The translations under genes were made by a program, and so were the position numbers. 64,000 bases of DNA from Podarcis cretensis (lineage: Eukaryota). Location of the stretch: the NCBI GenBank assembly GCA_951804945.1, contig OX638150.1, forward strand, positions 31,930,001 to 31,994,000, given 5' to 3'. Positions within the stretch are counted from its first letter, which is position 1. Each line of letters opens with the position of its first letter. Shown one piece after another: positions 51,280 to 63,743 of the stretch. A model generated the notes under the pieces. It searched no databases. It had not been told where the DNA came from and was given only the letters and a program-made list of their open reading frames with translations.

Positions 51280-53687
51280 CATTTATCTGAACAAAGGAGA
51301 TTCATCTTGATTCTCAGGGATGACTTCTGAAAGTTATTACATGATGTTTCTTTTATGCTGAGGACAGAGAGATCAGAAAGTGAGTGGCCCAGCCAGGACA
51401 TCTACATCATTCTTTCAGACTCTTTGAAACTGATAAGGCCTGTGGTTCCAGCTATGAACCACTCCATAGCTATTTGTGACCTCCTGAGAGAACTCAAAAT
51501 GCTTAATGTTAACAGCACCTTCTTTCTATTTTTGTGAGAGAACATCCAAAGGGAGCAATCCCAATTGCATCCAAAGTGGCAAGTAGGGGAATAACTACAT
51601 TGGGACATTTTCATAGCATCTCCTCTCTCTGAATTCGGTCCAGTTGGCACCAGTTTTGGTGCATAGCCCACTCACCTTGTATGAATTCCTAGGAGAAGGA
51701 AAGTCTTATGTTCTCTTTCTGCCAAACTCAGCAAGGAAGTTGCTGGGGAGGTGGGGGATGAGACAAGTCAAGTGGGAAGGGGAGTGTGCAAGGGAGTGGG
51801 TAGCAGAGATGGGATGTAAGAAACCTGCAGTGGTACAGAAACGAGGGTGCTATGGAGTAGGTCTCTGAGATTTCAAACTGTCTTTCTCAGCCCTACCTGG
51901 AGATACCGGGGATTGAAACTGGAACTTTTCACATGGAAAGTATGTGCTGTTCCCTTTCCCATACTGGTTAGCAGTGGCTTCACATAGACCTAAAACGGGA
52001 GAGAAAGCGAGCTGTAAGATGGAGAGGGATGCAAGGAGATTTCTGGAGGGGGAAAACAAAAAAAGGAAATAGCAGATAAGAGTATGGACCAGTGGCACTT
52101 CAGACAGAGAGAAGGAGGCCTAACAGGAATGCAGAGAGCCAGGAACATGCTGTGGGCCACGCAGAGAAAAGAGGCATTAACAAGACATTGTTTTTAAAAA
52201 GAGAACCCTGAGCAATAAAATAAAATAAATTGGAATAAAATTTTGTTCCTTTGCAAGCCTAACAGAGTAGCCCTGCTAAGTTAATACAACTATAAAAGTG
52301 TCTCTTAGTATTTGAGTTGTGCACCCTTGAAACGGACCGATCAATAATACATGCTTTCAGCTTTGCAATCAGCAGTCATTGAGTAAGAGCAGTCACTTAC
52401 TTTTTTTCTAGCCAAGATTTTGCTACCTTTCCAATTATCCTGATGTGTTCTGTCCTCAAAGCTTGTGTATTAAGTTGCTATAATAAGTCTTAACATTTTG
52501 TCTGCTTTTTTCTGTTCAAACCTTTGGGACCAAAACAGCCATTGCTATCTAACAAGCTTTCTTGTCTGAAGATGCATCAAGCTATTCCAGGAATCCCATT
52601 ATTTGAAACAGGCAGTGATAAGGGTCACCGGACCCTGAGTCCTTTCTGATTTCTGATACCTTTTGTTTCTAGAAAGTCTTGGGGTGTTGAGTTCCTCCTC
52701 TACCCCCACCCTGGGAAGGCCTTGCTCACTGTGATGGGCTGAAAGAATATAGATACCTTAGATGGTTACCCTAGCAGGGGCCTCTGTGAACAAGTGCTGG
52801 AATTACAAGGCTATGACTGATGCTTATTTTCCTTACAAGGTTGAAAAGGCATCTAGAGCTACTATTGTTAAACCCGATAGCCACCAGAAAGGGGAAGAGA
52901 CTTCAACTGTGGGATCAAAGCCAGGAAAACAAATGTTGTCAACTTGTCTGCTTTAAGAGAAAAGGGGTTGCATCTGAAGAGAGCGTCCTGCAATGTGTGC
53001 CTATTTACTGGAGGGCGAATGTGCAGACTGGCAGCAACATGGAGTTTTTGGAACCCATAAAGACTTCAAGGCATTGCTTTGATATTTTGTTATTGCTGTT
53101 TGTGCTGGCTGCATTATCCCCATGTCCCATGAATTATTTTAAAGTGTTCTCGAGGGCAGAACTGATCAACTGCAGGCTTCTCTGCCGAGTACTCCAGCCA
53201 AGGGGTCCCTGAAGCTCCAGCTGTGTGTGTGTTTTTTCTTAGCTAGTTGGACTTTCCCCCTCCCCACTCTACCCCAAGGAACACACACTGGCATGACTCA
53301 GTCCTGGGGCTTAGGAAAGGCCAGTTCACAGATCTCTGCTTGTGCTGGGAAGCAGTGAAGAGAGGTAAGCATCCCAGAGTCTGGGAAAGGCAGCAGACAA
53401 CTGTGGTCCCATCTTCAAAGGAGCTGAAGAGGCCCCACATGCTTCCATCTAAATATTTATTCCCCCCCCCCTCCAGTGTATCTTAACATTTCTCCAAGTG
53501 TTGAATCAAGCTATTCTTGGCTTTGTCAACAAGAGGAAAAATACAAACGAGCCGAGGATCTTTTCTCATTGCTGTTCTACTTTCATATTCTTTGGTGCGG
53601 TTTTGGGTGCGCTCACATCTTTGAGTCAGTGAATCTGATGCTGGCAAAGCCTATGCAGGTTGAGAATCTTCCAGTAGACTTAGATAC

Positions 53688-53816
53688 AGGTAGGTAGCCG
53701 TGTTGGTCTGCCGTAGTTGAAACAAAATAAAAAAATTCCTTCCAGTAGCACCTTAGAGACCAACTAAGTTTGTTATTGGTATGAGCTTTCGTGTGCATTC
53801 ACACTTCTTCAGATAC
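53688..53816 (-). mobile_element. Penelope-like element terminal-repeat remnant
   Basis: GGTAGCCGTGTTGGTCTG...GTAGCACCTTAGAGACCAAC...GAGCTTTCGTG...CTTCTTCAGATAC. AGATACA direct repeat at 53682-53688 and 53811-53817. Confidence 0.75.
53779..53816 (-). ncRNA. Minimal type I hammerhead ribozyme motif
   Basis: RNA 5'-GUAU CUGAAGA A GUGUG AAUG CACAC GAAA GC UC^AUAC-3'. The CUGANGA and GAAA cores are intact. Stem II is 5 bp, stem I is GUAU/AUAC, the NUH site is CUC, and stem III is the palindromic AGCU. Confidence 0.75.
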
Positions 53817-54534
53817 AAACAGACTTGTTACACAGGGACAAACTTGGCAATTGAGTTTCCAGATGCACAAGGTACCTTTTGAAGATTGAACCTTCATTTC
53901 TGTGCTTCAGATGGAATGGGACACCATGGTTTCCCATTGTGTCTGGACAAAGCCTGTGTAACCAAAGAGAGAGCAAAAACAGCAAGTACAGTGAATATTG
54001 CACCTTTCCAGTTTGTATGTCAAGTCTTAGTCTGTTTACTGTCCCTCTGTGTTGCTCTTAGCAGAGAATATATGCCACTAAACATGTTAGTTTCTGGTAT
54101 GATTGTCTGTCCTGGGTGGTCCCATGTGCCCAAACAGACCAGATATGTTCAGTACTAATACTGTTAGTACTCCATGGTCAGAACTTGCTGTACTTTGGCT
54201 TGGGAGTATCTTACGTAGACTGTCTCCACTTACTTTACCCTTGTGTAAAAGTTCCCCTTTCAGACCATATCTCATAAAAGGTAAAAGACTTAAGCCTCTG
54301 TTTTCCAGCTGCCTCACACTCACTCTCTGTTTGATCATGGTCTCCTCTGCTTTGGAAAGCTTTTTTCTTGGGTATTAAATGAGACAAGGCCGTTTAGGCA
54401 ACGTCCCTTTGACTGTGGTGGTTCTCATGTTTGTTTCCTTTCCGGAGATGCTCTTTGCTGCTTGTCAGGGAAGCTTTTGATCTGCTAGCTTCCCCATTGA
54501 ATTTTCCAAGTGCTGATTTCTGTGTATCTTGAAG

Positions 54535-54536
<2 letters not shown>

Positions 54537-54580
<44 letters not shown>
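54537..54580. repeat. (GT)22 microsatellite
   Basis: Read directly from the sequence. Confidence 0.95.
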
Positions 54581-54583
<3 letters not shown>

Positions 54584-56109
54584 GGGGATGGTGTTGTGAG
54601 GTATTTCATGCTGGTAGCTTGGATTTCTGCATTCATGCGCATGTCCCCTTTGAAGCCCTCATTTATTTATTAATCTTTAAACATCAAACTAACAGTGGAC
54701 CTGTGGCACTCTAATCATTTCAGCTCATGTAACGGAAAGAATGCTTCCTCTTTTGGCAGCTGCAAGTCCCTGTCCCCTGTCTCCAACTCCCCACCCGCCC
54801 CCACCCCTCCAAACAAAAAGGGGGGGAAAGAAAAGAAGAAGACAACAGCCTCTTCCTGATCTCAAGGTCTCTGAACGAACTTGGCAAACTAAGTAGCAGT
54901 GTGGTGAATTGCATCCTTTTGCAGCAGCCTTTTGTTGTAGGAGTGTGTGTGTGTGTCCCTCAGTTGTTAGGGAGGAGGATTTATAAAAGAAAGGCTGTTG
55001 AAATATTGGAGGGGGCGTGTGGGTGTGTGCAGCCTTTCCACTATAATGCATATACTGTAATATAAAGATCCAGGAAGAAATATGTTGCTTCAAGTAATTG
55101 CCTCTGTTTAGCATGCTGACAAAGATCATTGTGACCAATGTGCTTATAGGACCATGTTCAAGGCTTCTCCAGCATGTCATGGGCTCCCCAGTTGCCTCCC
55201 ACACTCCCAGCTGCACTTTTTCAGTGGCTTCTCATTTGAATCTATGAGGTGCGGCTTCAGGTGCCTGTTTCGGTTGTTGCTCACCTGATACTCACCTCAC
55301 TTCAGTTCATCTAGCATTAGAGTCTATGTAGCAAAGTTTGGACCGCTCAGAACACGCTAAATGTGCCAAATGATTGGTGTTATTTTTATCCCCGCTTAAT
55401 ATAGGCAGTAAGGCTCTTGAAATAGGGGCAGAGAGTAACAGCCTTTCTAAATTAGAATGGTGGGGGAGAATAATGTGATATGTACTCCAGGACTGGTGAG
55501 GAAACTTCCAATGCATTAAAACTTTGAACACTATTTTATTTCCCTTTAAAAAGAAGGCAGCTCTTAAAATTATTATGTTGGAGGCCTCTTTCTTTTGTGA
55601 CTGAGAAGTGAGAAGGCTCAGACTGCTGCTACCATCAAACGAGAGGGTGTTTCTGAGCTGTGAGATTCTACTTTGCACATGCAGTCCTGATTGATTTATA
55701 TTAACTCTAGAAATACTTTTCTAGTTTCTAGGGTAGCTTGGGTTTTGCCAGTTTTTTTATCCACAAGTTTCTTTTTTTAGACTTGTGATGCCATAAAGAA
55801 ACAAGACTCTCATCTTTTGATTTCATAGCTTATGAGTGTTTCTCTCTCTGGGGCGGGATTCAGCATAACACTAAGGCAATTTGGCTTGCTAGATGAATCA
55901 GTCCCCCATTTCTTCTGCCTGCATTCTGTTTGGAGTTCTTTTGAGTAGTTATGCATAGAATTACACCGTCAACAGCAGTTTCTCAAACTTTGATATCTGG
56001 TGAATAGTTCTCCTGCAGCCCCTTCACCCCACATTAAAATGGGAGGCATTGTACTAAAGCATTTTGCAGAGCACTGTAGGAGCACCTTTCCTTGCAAGAT
56101 AACCCAGAC

Positions 56110-56245
56110 CAGGCATGGCCAAACTTGGCCCTCCAGCTGTTTTGGGACTACAATTCCCATCAACACTGACCACTGGTCCTGTTAGCTAGGGATGATGGGA
56201 GTTGTAGTCCCAAAACAGCTGGAGGGCCAAGTTTGGCCATGCCTG
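56110..56245. mobile_element. Young palindromic hAT MITE
   Basis: ~50-bp near-perfect inverted arms (CAGGCATGGCCAAACTTGGCCCTCCAGCTGTTTTGGGACTACAA...) and 8-bp TSD ACCCAGAC/GCCCAGAC. Confidence 0.9.
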
Positions 56246-56590
56246 GCCCAGACAATATTGCTTCCCATTATCCCTCCCCTTAGCCTTGTGTCAGTCAGGG
56301 CCTAGGATTCAGACCATGCTTTCTGGACAGTGGTGAGCTTTCTGGGATTGCCCTGCATCTGTTAGTTCATAAAGCAGGGAGGGGGGGAGAGGCTGCTTCT
56401 GCTGCTGCTTGGGCCTCCCCACGCCAAGAGGCACCAGAGTGTGGTGAATGTGTGCAACACGGTAGCTAACCTTTTCAAGGCACTCTTGAGCTCTCTTGCA
56501 GCACACTCTACTTTAACAGCAATCGGTGAAGACCTCTTGAGCTCTTCATAAGAGGAGAAAATGTGTATTGGCATTTTTAACTTTAAAAAA

Positions 56591-56961
56591 AGTTAAAGGA
56601 CCCCTGGACGATTAAGTCCAGTCAAAGGCGACTATGGGGTTGCGGCGCTCATCTCGCTTTCAGGCCATGGGAGCCAGCGTTTGTCCACAGACAGCTTTCC
56701 AGGTCATGTGGCCAGCATGACTAAACCGCTTCTGGTGCAATGGAACACCATGACGGAAACCAGAGAGCACGGAAACGCCGTTTACCTTCCTGCTGCAGCA
56801 GTCCCTATTTATCTGCTTACACTGGCATGATTTCAAACTGCTAGGTTGGCAGGAGCTGGGACAGAGCGACGGGAGCTCACCCTGTCACAGGGATTCGAAC
56901 CACTGACCTTCTGATCGGCAAGCCCAAGAGGCTCAGTGGTTTAGACCACAGCACCACCCGC
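56591..56961 (-). mobile_element. Sauria SINE (Squam1), different subfamily
   Basis: The reverse complement has the GCGGGTGGTGCTGTGGTCTAAACC head, B box GGTTCGAATCC and the shared body CTCCTGCCAACCTAGCAG...GGCCACATGACC, with diagnostic differences from the other three copies. Confidence 0.88.
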
Positions 56962-58547
56962 ATTACGTGTACCTTGAGCTAGTTTAAATGAACTGTCTAG
57001 TCATCTAAATCCTGTATTTTATGCAGAGATGTCTGTGTTAACGTTTTAACATGCTGACTAATTCCATGTCCTGTTTGTAAGCTTTCTGAAACATCTGGCT
57101 AGCTGCTGTTGGATACAGAAGTAGATGGACCCCCAGTCTGATCTTGCAAGGCACTTCCTAAGTTCTTTTGTTGTTAATGTGTTGCTACCTCCAGGCCAAA
57201 GCTGAGATGCTGTGATAGCACAGATCTGTCACAGTCTTCCCTTTTAACCAAGACTATCAATATCAGCTTTTAAGAGCATTCAATTTTGCATCTTTTCACG
57301 TGTGCCTCTATACTTTACCAACTTAATTTGGTAAGCTGCTTTCATTTGTGTAAGAAGACAGAGATGAATGCTGTGGAAGGACCCTGCAATATTCCATTAA
57401 ATTGCAAATAGTCGTATATGTTTATATAAAGCTTGGCAGGTTCTTCTGAGAAAGAATGGTACAAATGAGGTTGGACTGCACTCTACTGGACTACCCTTGG
57501 CTCGAGTGTCAAATAACACAAGTTCCTGTATTAGGCACCATCTGTTCTTTCTAAAATCTAGTTTTGGAAGGCCTGATGCTACTCGCCCTCTAACTTGGGT
57601 TTTGATTTTGGAGTCTTCTACTCCTTCATGTGTTCCAGAGGCCGTTAATCGAAAATATAACCAAAATGAGAATGTGATCTTCAGAAGATCTGGAGAATTC
57701 CTGATCCTAATGTGTTATCCCGGAAAACAGGCAGGAGCAGGGCCAATCATTCCAAAGCCAAAGGTATCCATAGCCCAGAGGCAGCATTGAGTGACTCATT
57801 CCTTGGAAGCAGTTGCTGCCAGCGGCAAAATCGGAAGTGGCCTCTAGTCTTCTGTTTTCATTTAATATTCTGTCCCATGGCAGAAAAATGAAAATGGCAT
57901 GGAGATGCCATCAGATGGTGTTATCCCATAGCAGTGAAGTGATAGGAATGTGCAAGAGTTCAGTGGCAAGGTGGATTTAGAGAAGGAAAGCAGAGGTGGA
58001 ATGAAGTTGTTTTCTCTGTAAATCTTTTTAACGTGTTCAAAAGCTACCCTGAAAGTCCATGATCATTTTGCTGATTTTTGTGCATTGCAGGCGAAAGGAT
58101 TTAATTGGTCCTATTGAGAGAATATACTTTTCCTTTCCTTCACCCATGGAACGTGTTGTGTCTTTGGGATTCCCGTGTAATTTATACAACAGGCAGAGGG
58201 AAGCAGACAAATGACACACAAATGAGCCTTAAAAGTAAAGGAGGGAGCTGTGGAGAAGCCCCTTTGAGGGGAGGTTTTTATTGGCCAAACTCTAGGAAGG
58301 GAAAAAGGTGGGCAAGGGATGCAGAGCTGGGAGGGGGAGAGGAAAAAACGAGTCTGGAGGAGGTAGAATGTTGTGTGCTTACGAGCTGCTGTCCCATTCC
58401 TTTAAGTCTCTTCCAATTAAAAGAGCTTTGGACTGATGTCTTGCCAGTGGTGGGAATTGGTTGGGAGAGGAGGAGCTCAGAAGTTAAAGCGGGACTTATT
58501 TGTCAACCTCTGAGTAAAAATAGGGTAGCGGCTCTTATCGGGGCATG

Positions 58548-58548
<1 letters not shown>

Positions 58549-58581
<33 letters not shown>
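58549..58581. repeat. (TG)n microsatellite
   Basis: Read directly from the sequence. Confidence 0.95.
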
Positions 58582-58582
<1 letters not shown>

Positions 58583-61392
58583 GCAGCATTTGTGCCTCGT
58601 GTGTCTCTCATTCTTGAACTGTGTTCCTCTGCGCTCTGTCTATCCCTTCTTTCTTTGTGCCTCACTCACAGGCCCTGCCATGAATTTTCTCTGACCCCTT
58701 GGGGCCATTCCCACATGAAGCTTTGATGTGTGTGCCCAGAGCTTGATTGACAAGGAAGTTTTAGTGGCAGCAACTGGAGAATCGAAGAGAAAAGGGCAGG
58801 GCTTTGAACTAAAGGGCTTTGAGCTCCGAGATGCTGTGCTTAGTTATCTCCTTCAGAATGTTAATTATTCATCATGATAATTGGGCAGGAGAGGGGAAAA
58901 AGAGAGGGGAGGTTATTAAAAAATTCCAACACTAACACGCTACAAAAACCTCATTTTCCAATGTTGGGACTGGCGTGAAAAGGATAGTGTGTATGTGAAG
59001 AGGTTTGGGGAGGGGGACCTTCTTTTTTCTTTTTCTTTTTTTAATCCATTCCCTAAATAGTAGGATCCCTTCAGATGAAGGCAGCGGGGACATCAAAGCT
59101 TTTGTAAGAGTTTTCTTGGGGGTTTCTTAACTGTGTCTGGTACTTTTTAATTAAAAAGTTTACGGAGAGCCGTCTTTGTGACTGGCTTCTGGTGGAGCTG
59201 GCAACCCTGGGTCCCGCTGCTTGAGAAAGAAAATGTTTTTAAGGGGCCTAATAAATATTGTTTCCTACTGCTAGGATGTCAGGTTGGCACTGTGAAAGAC
59301 CTCGTCGCTAGAAAGGAGGTGAACCTGGTGCTGAGGAGGGCAGGGAGTGCGGGCTTTTCCTGGGAGCTAGACGTTGTCGGCCACTTTGAGTGCCCATGCT
59401 CACATCCGCCCCTCAGGTGCTCATTCCAAGTCTATGGCAAATGGGTCAAGAAGAGACATTCTGTGGTCACTGTTATGCAGGCGTATTCTTAGTATATCCT
59501 GACATTGTTTCACATCAGTCGCTTCAAATAATGGAAGCAACGTGGTTTCTGTGGCAAGTGAATATAACACCATCCTGTCCTCTTTTGTTCCAATACATAG
59601 CTTTTGGACCCAAATCAGAGGTTCTCCATCAAGAACACTGATAATGGAATGATGTGTTTGGTGGGAAGCATAAGATTTCCAGACTTATGATGCTGGGAAT
59701 TTTTGCCTCACCTTTTTTGCCACCTTTGTAGATGTTTACATGGAACAGGATTTGCCATGTTGCTCCTTTAGTTTGGAAAGATCCTTGTGGAGCTTGAGTT
59801 TTCACCATCCTGAATAACTTAAGAATTCTCAGGTATATTCCATCCAGACCCAGTGAGCCAAGTTTCTAATTTGTCAGTAAGTCCTAGAATGTCATCATCT
59901 TCCCCCCTTCATGACTTAGATCTTCAGATGCCCTCATTTCCAGGAAAGTGGTTTATTAGCAGATATCCAGTATTATTATTTTTTGCTCATCCAGCTTTGC
60001 TGCAATCTCCCTATCTTCCTATTAGCATCCTTTCTCTCCTTTGTCATCTAATGGTCCAACTGCCTCCATGTCCTGCTTCTGACATACTTAAATTTTGTAT
60101 TAATACTTTTAGAACATGTTCCTCACTCCCTCTCCCCACCCCACAAGCAGTGCCCGGCACTTAAAAGACTTTGGGTACGTGCCCATGACACCCGCTTGTC
60201 CTAATTTATATTTATAGATGCCTCTGGGTGAATTAAGATGGTGGGTATCTCTAGAGCAAGGGGTGGCAGGAGGGACTCACAAGCACTGAGCTTTGCAAGG
60301 CACCCAGCTGCCCTCTAAGCAAATGAATGTTACCTTTCAACTTCCTTTTAAATATAGATAGATACGTAGATACATAGATAGATGGTAACTAAATCTTGTT
60401 CATTTGCTGTTGTTGTATATTCATATTTATAGGATTCTTTTTTAATTGCCCTGTATTATATATTGTTGGCTAACTTGGGTGCTTGATGTAGAAAGTCAAG
60501 ATATTACATTTAATTATTTATCCACAAATCCCCATTATTTAAGTTTTCTCTTTTGAAAACAAATGTGACTGTGCTGGACATTCTGGGCAACTTTCCACTT
60601 ACATATGTATTGAATTTAGCAGCACAGTCAGTTCATCAACACTTAACATCTTACACCAGACTTCTCCAATGTAGTGCCCTCCAGATGTTGTTGGACTCCC
60701 AGCTCCCATCGGTTCCATCCAGCATGGCCAGCCATCGTAGTCCAAAACACTTGGCAAGCACCAGATTAGGAAAGGCTGGGCTATCTTGTGATTGCCTACA
60801 CATATGTAAAGGGCTTTGTTGCCAGCATGGTGGATTCTCGGTATTCTTGAAATGTGGTGACCTGGTTTGCACAGAGTGGTAAGCCATCATTTGTTTAAAA
60901 GTCTACAAGTTAACCACAAGTTGTCCCGCGGACAATGATTACTTGGTTTCCCAGTTTGGTTTGTTGCTTCTCCTGCTTCTCTTGCCTTTTCCTTTACAGT
61001 TTGGTAAGCATCATCTAGGATGGGGTGGTCAAACAAACCATGGTTAAGGATGGATCCTGGGAGTAATGCCAGGTCACTGTTAGAACAAACCAAGGTTCAA
61101 ACCATTGCTGCAACAAACCATAGCTTCAGAGTGTAGTTTGTTGGCAGTAAGTAAACCATTGTGAAGTTGTTGGGCCGGGTTCACACATAACATTAAGTCA
61201 GTTTAGTAAACATTAAGTCAGTTTAGCGTTATGTATGAAACCAGCCATGTTGTGACAAGCAAGATTTCCCCACTTTTAAGTTTCAAGGCAACAGTACTGT
61301 TCTGTGCATGCATGTTCCCAAGGCTGAGAGGAGAGGCATTTCTGGCCCTGGCTGTGTTTCTTCTAACCCTGGATATTTTCTCTTGTTAATAG

Positions 61393-61444
61393 GCTAACCT
61401 CTTCCCTGCTGCCATTGTACATTTTGGATCTGAGATGCAGAAAG
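61393..61444 (+). CDS. ASPSCR1: ASPSCR1 exon 13
   Basis: AATAG acceptor after a 19.1 kb intron. ANLFPAAIVHFGSEMQK. Donor GTGAGT. 52 nt. Confidence 0.96.
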
Positions 61445-62636
61445 GTGAGTCACGTATCTTGTTCCTCTCCATAAGAAACTCTGCATAGTTGTTACATGAG
61501 CATCTAGATGAACTGTGTCCATGGTTTCAGCTATGGTGGCTGAACTCTGATTAATGTGTTGGGCATAAATAAGTGGATATTTATAGCTCAGGGCTCTTAG
61601 AGGTTCATGAAACCTTTTTGTTTGATACAAATTAAATGATAGTCCAGTATGGAAATGATTGTAAGGGAAGTGCCCACTCTGGTTTAAGGTGAAATGAACT
61701 GACTCTTAGTGCCATTGTTTGCTGTAGAAATCTTGGGTCACAGGTGGCTTTTTTCCAATTTGGGGGTGAGGCCTGTTTTTAGGTGAAAATCTGTGCTTCC
61801 TATGTACCACCCCTTTCTCAATTCTTTTTTGACTCAGCTAGGGAGTACTCTTTGTCCTATTGTGTGTATCTTGAGTTAGCTAACAGCTATAGAAATCTTA
61901 ATCATGCAAAATAGGTGAGGTATTATCTTTTTTGAATTGGCCCATCTTCAGTTAGTGTGCAGAATTGCACACTTTTTCAGGGTAGGTATTTAGACCTTAA
62001 GTAAAAGTTGGGTCCAAAGTATGGCAACTTTATGTATATCTTCTGCATCTAACTTATTTTTTTGGACCAGACACTAATACAGTAAATGTCCACGTGAACA
62101 TTTCACAGTTGTCTCTCGCCATGGTTCACTGTTAATCTGAGGACAAATGTCTGTGTGGTGGATACTGTTCTGGACATCTTTAAAATGCAGCAGGACTGAC
62201 CACCATAGTTGGATGGGCTTTAGGGGGATTTGTCTGCAGGGAAGATCAGAGTAGGGTTGTGCTGCAGGTTGAAGATAACATCTGGTAGTCTCTCCTAACG
62301 GTTCAATTTACTAAGAAACTGCCAAGAACTAAATGATAAAAGAAACATATACAAGCAGGGGGAGACACCATCCCTGTCTGGCAGTTCTATTTTTGTGTAA
62401 TGTTGCAGTCTTTACTCAACTAGTTCACAGAATAGGATCTGATAGGCAGATGCGTGTTCTAAAATACACAATCTTAGAAGTTGAGATAAATGTTTCACAG
62501 GTTGGGAGAAGAGTACTGAAGAGGATTAGTGCAGCTTGTTGGGGCTACTGGTTTCACAAAATAACAGAGTTGCATCATGGGGCTTCCTAGCTCTGAAGGA
62601 CAAGAACTTTGAGTGAGGTGTGTGTCTGTTTAACAG

Positions 62637-62703
62637 ATTATCTGAGGTCGGACCTCCTGGAATCTGCTGTGTCCCCTTCTGAAGCTGACATCTTAGTAGC
62701 TAG
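62637..62703 (+). CDS. ASPSCR1: ASPSCR1 exon 14
   Basis: TAACAG acceptor. (D)YLRSDLLESAVSPSEADILVA(R) vs human YLEPGLLEHAISPSAADVLVAR. Donor GTAAGT. 67 nt. Confidence 0.95.
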
Positions 62704-62752
62704 GTAAGTAGTGTGAGTAATTCTTTTTGAAGCTGTTGTGGATGAGTGAGTT

Positions 62753-62918
62753 ATCATAGAACTGCAGAGTTGGAAGGAATCCCGAGGATCCTCTAGTCTA
62801 GTCCCCTGCAATGCAGGAATCTCAGCTAAAGCATCCATGACAGATAGCCATCCAACCTCTGCTTAGAAAGCTCCAGTGAAGGAGAGTCTACCACCTCCCA
62901 AGGGAGACCATTCCACTG
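62753..62918 (-). mobile_element. CR1 LINE 3' end
   Basis: TCATAGAA...GAGTTGGAAGG...CTAGTCTAGTCCCCTGCAATGCAGGAA is the reverse complement of the CR1 terminal CCTTCCAACTC...TTCTATGA. Confidence 0.8.
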
Positions 62919-63182
62919 AGTTGTTGCCTTGCCCAATGAAGAGTTTGCCAGCAGTTTACAAAGCTTGCTTTTACACGTGTTCTCCCACTGACAGCTTTGA
63001 ACACCCCAAATGAATGAAGAGAGACCCCTGTAGTATCAAAAGCCATAGGGATTGGAAGGCATTTTTGCTGATATGCAACCTCTGGCTTTTGCAACAGTAT
63101 TTGCAGTGATTTACATTTTGGAATATTAAGCTTAGCAACTGGAAGACCCATATGAACATCTAATACTTACCTTTTCTCTCAG

Positions 63183-63373
63183 GCGGTTGTCTAAATCAGC
63201 ACCTCCCACTAAGCGAAATTCAGATCCTGTTCTTAGTTCCCTACCTAAACCAAATGAGACTGATGGGAGCGTGGCAAGAGGGCACTCAGAAGCAGCAGTG
63301 GCTCCTGAAGCAGCACAGCCACCAGTAAGGAGGACGCCATCTGGGAAAGTGCCAAAGTGGCTGAAGCTGCCAG
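63183..63373 (+). CDS. ASPSCR1: ASPSCR1 exon 15 (penultimate; terminal exon not found in window)
   Basis: CTCTCAG acceptor. RLSKSAPP...RRTPSGKVPKWLKLP matches the conserved C-terminal GKVPKWLKLP. Putative donor CAG|GTACCT, phase 1. Confidence 0.93.
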
Positions 63374-63393
63374 GTACCTTCTTAAGTATTACA

Positions 63394-63743
63394 GTGACGC
63401 GGGTGGCGCTGTGGGTTAAACCACAGAGCCTAGGACTTGGCGATCAGGTTGGTGGTTTGAATCCCCGCAACGGGGTTAGCTGTTGCTCGGTCCCAGCTCC
63501 TGCCAACCTAGCAGTTCAAAAGCACGTCAAAGTGCAATTAGATAAATAGGTACCGCTCTGGAGGGAAGGTAAACGGCGTTTCCGTGCGCTGCTCTGGTTT
63601 GCCAGAAGCGGCTTAGTCATGCTGGCCACATGACCCGGAAGCTGTTCGCCGGCTCCCTCAGCCAGTAAAGCGAGATGAGTGCCGCAACCCCAGAGTCGGC
63701 CACGACTGGACCTAATGGTCAGGGGTCCCTTTACCTTTACCTT
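63394..63743 (+). mobile_element. Sauria SINE (Squam1), full length, 20 nt downstream of exon 15
   Basis: GACGCGGGTGGCGCTGTGGGTTAAACC...GGGGTCCCTTTACCTTTACC tail. Confidence 0.9.

Noticed and set aside
42301-61392. A nested protein-coding gene in the 19-kb intron 12
   Set aside because: None of the listed ORFs on either strand resembles a recognisable protein, and I could not assemble a consistent exon chain.
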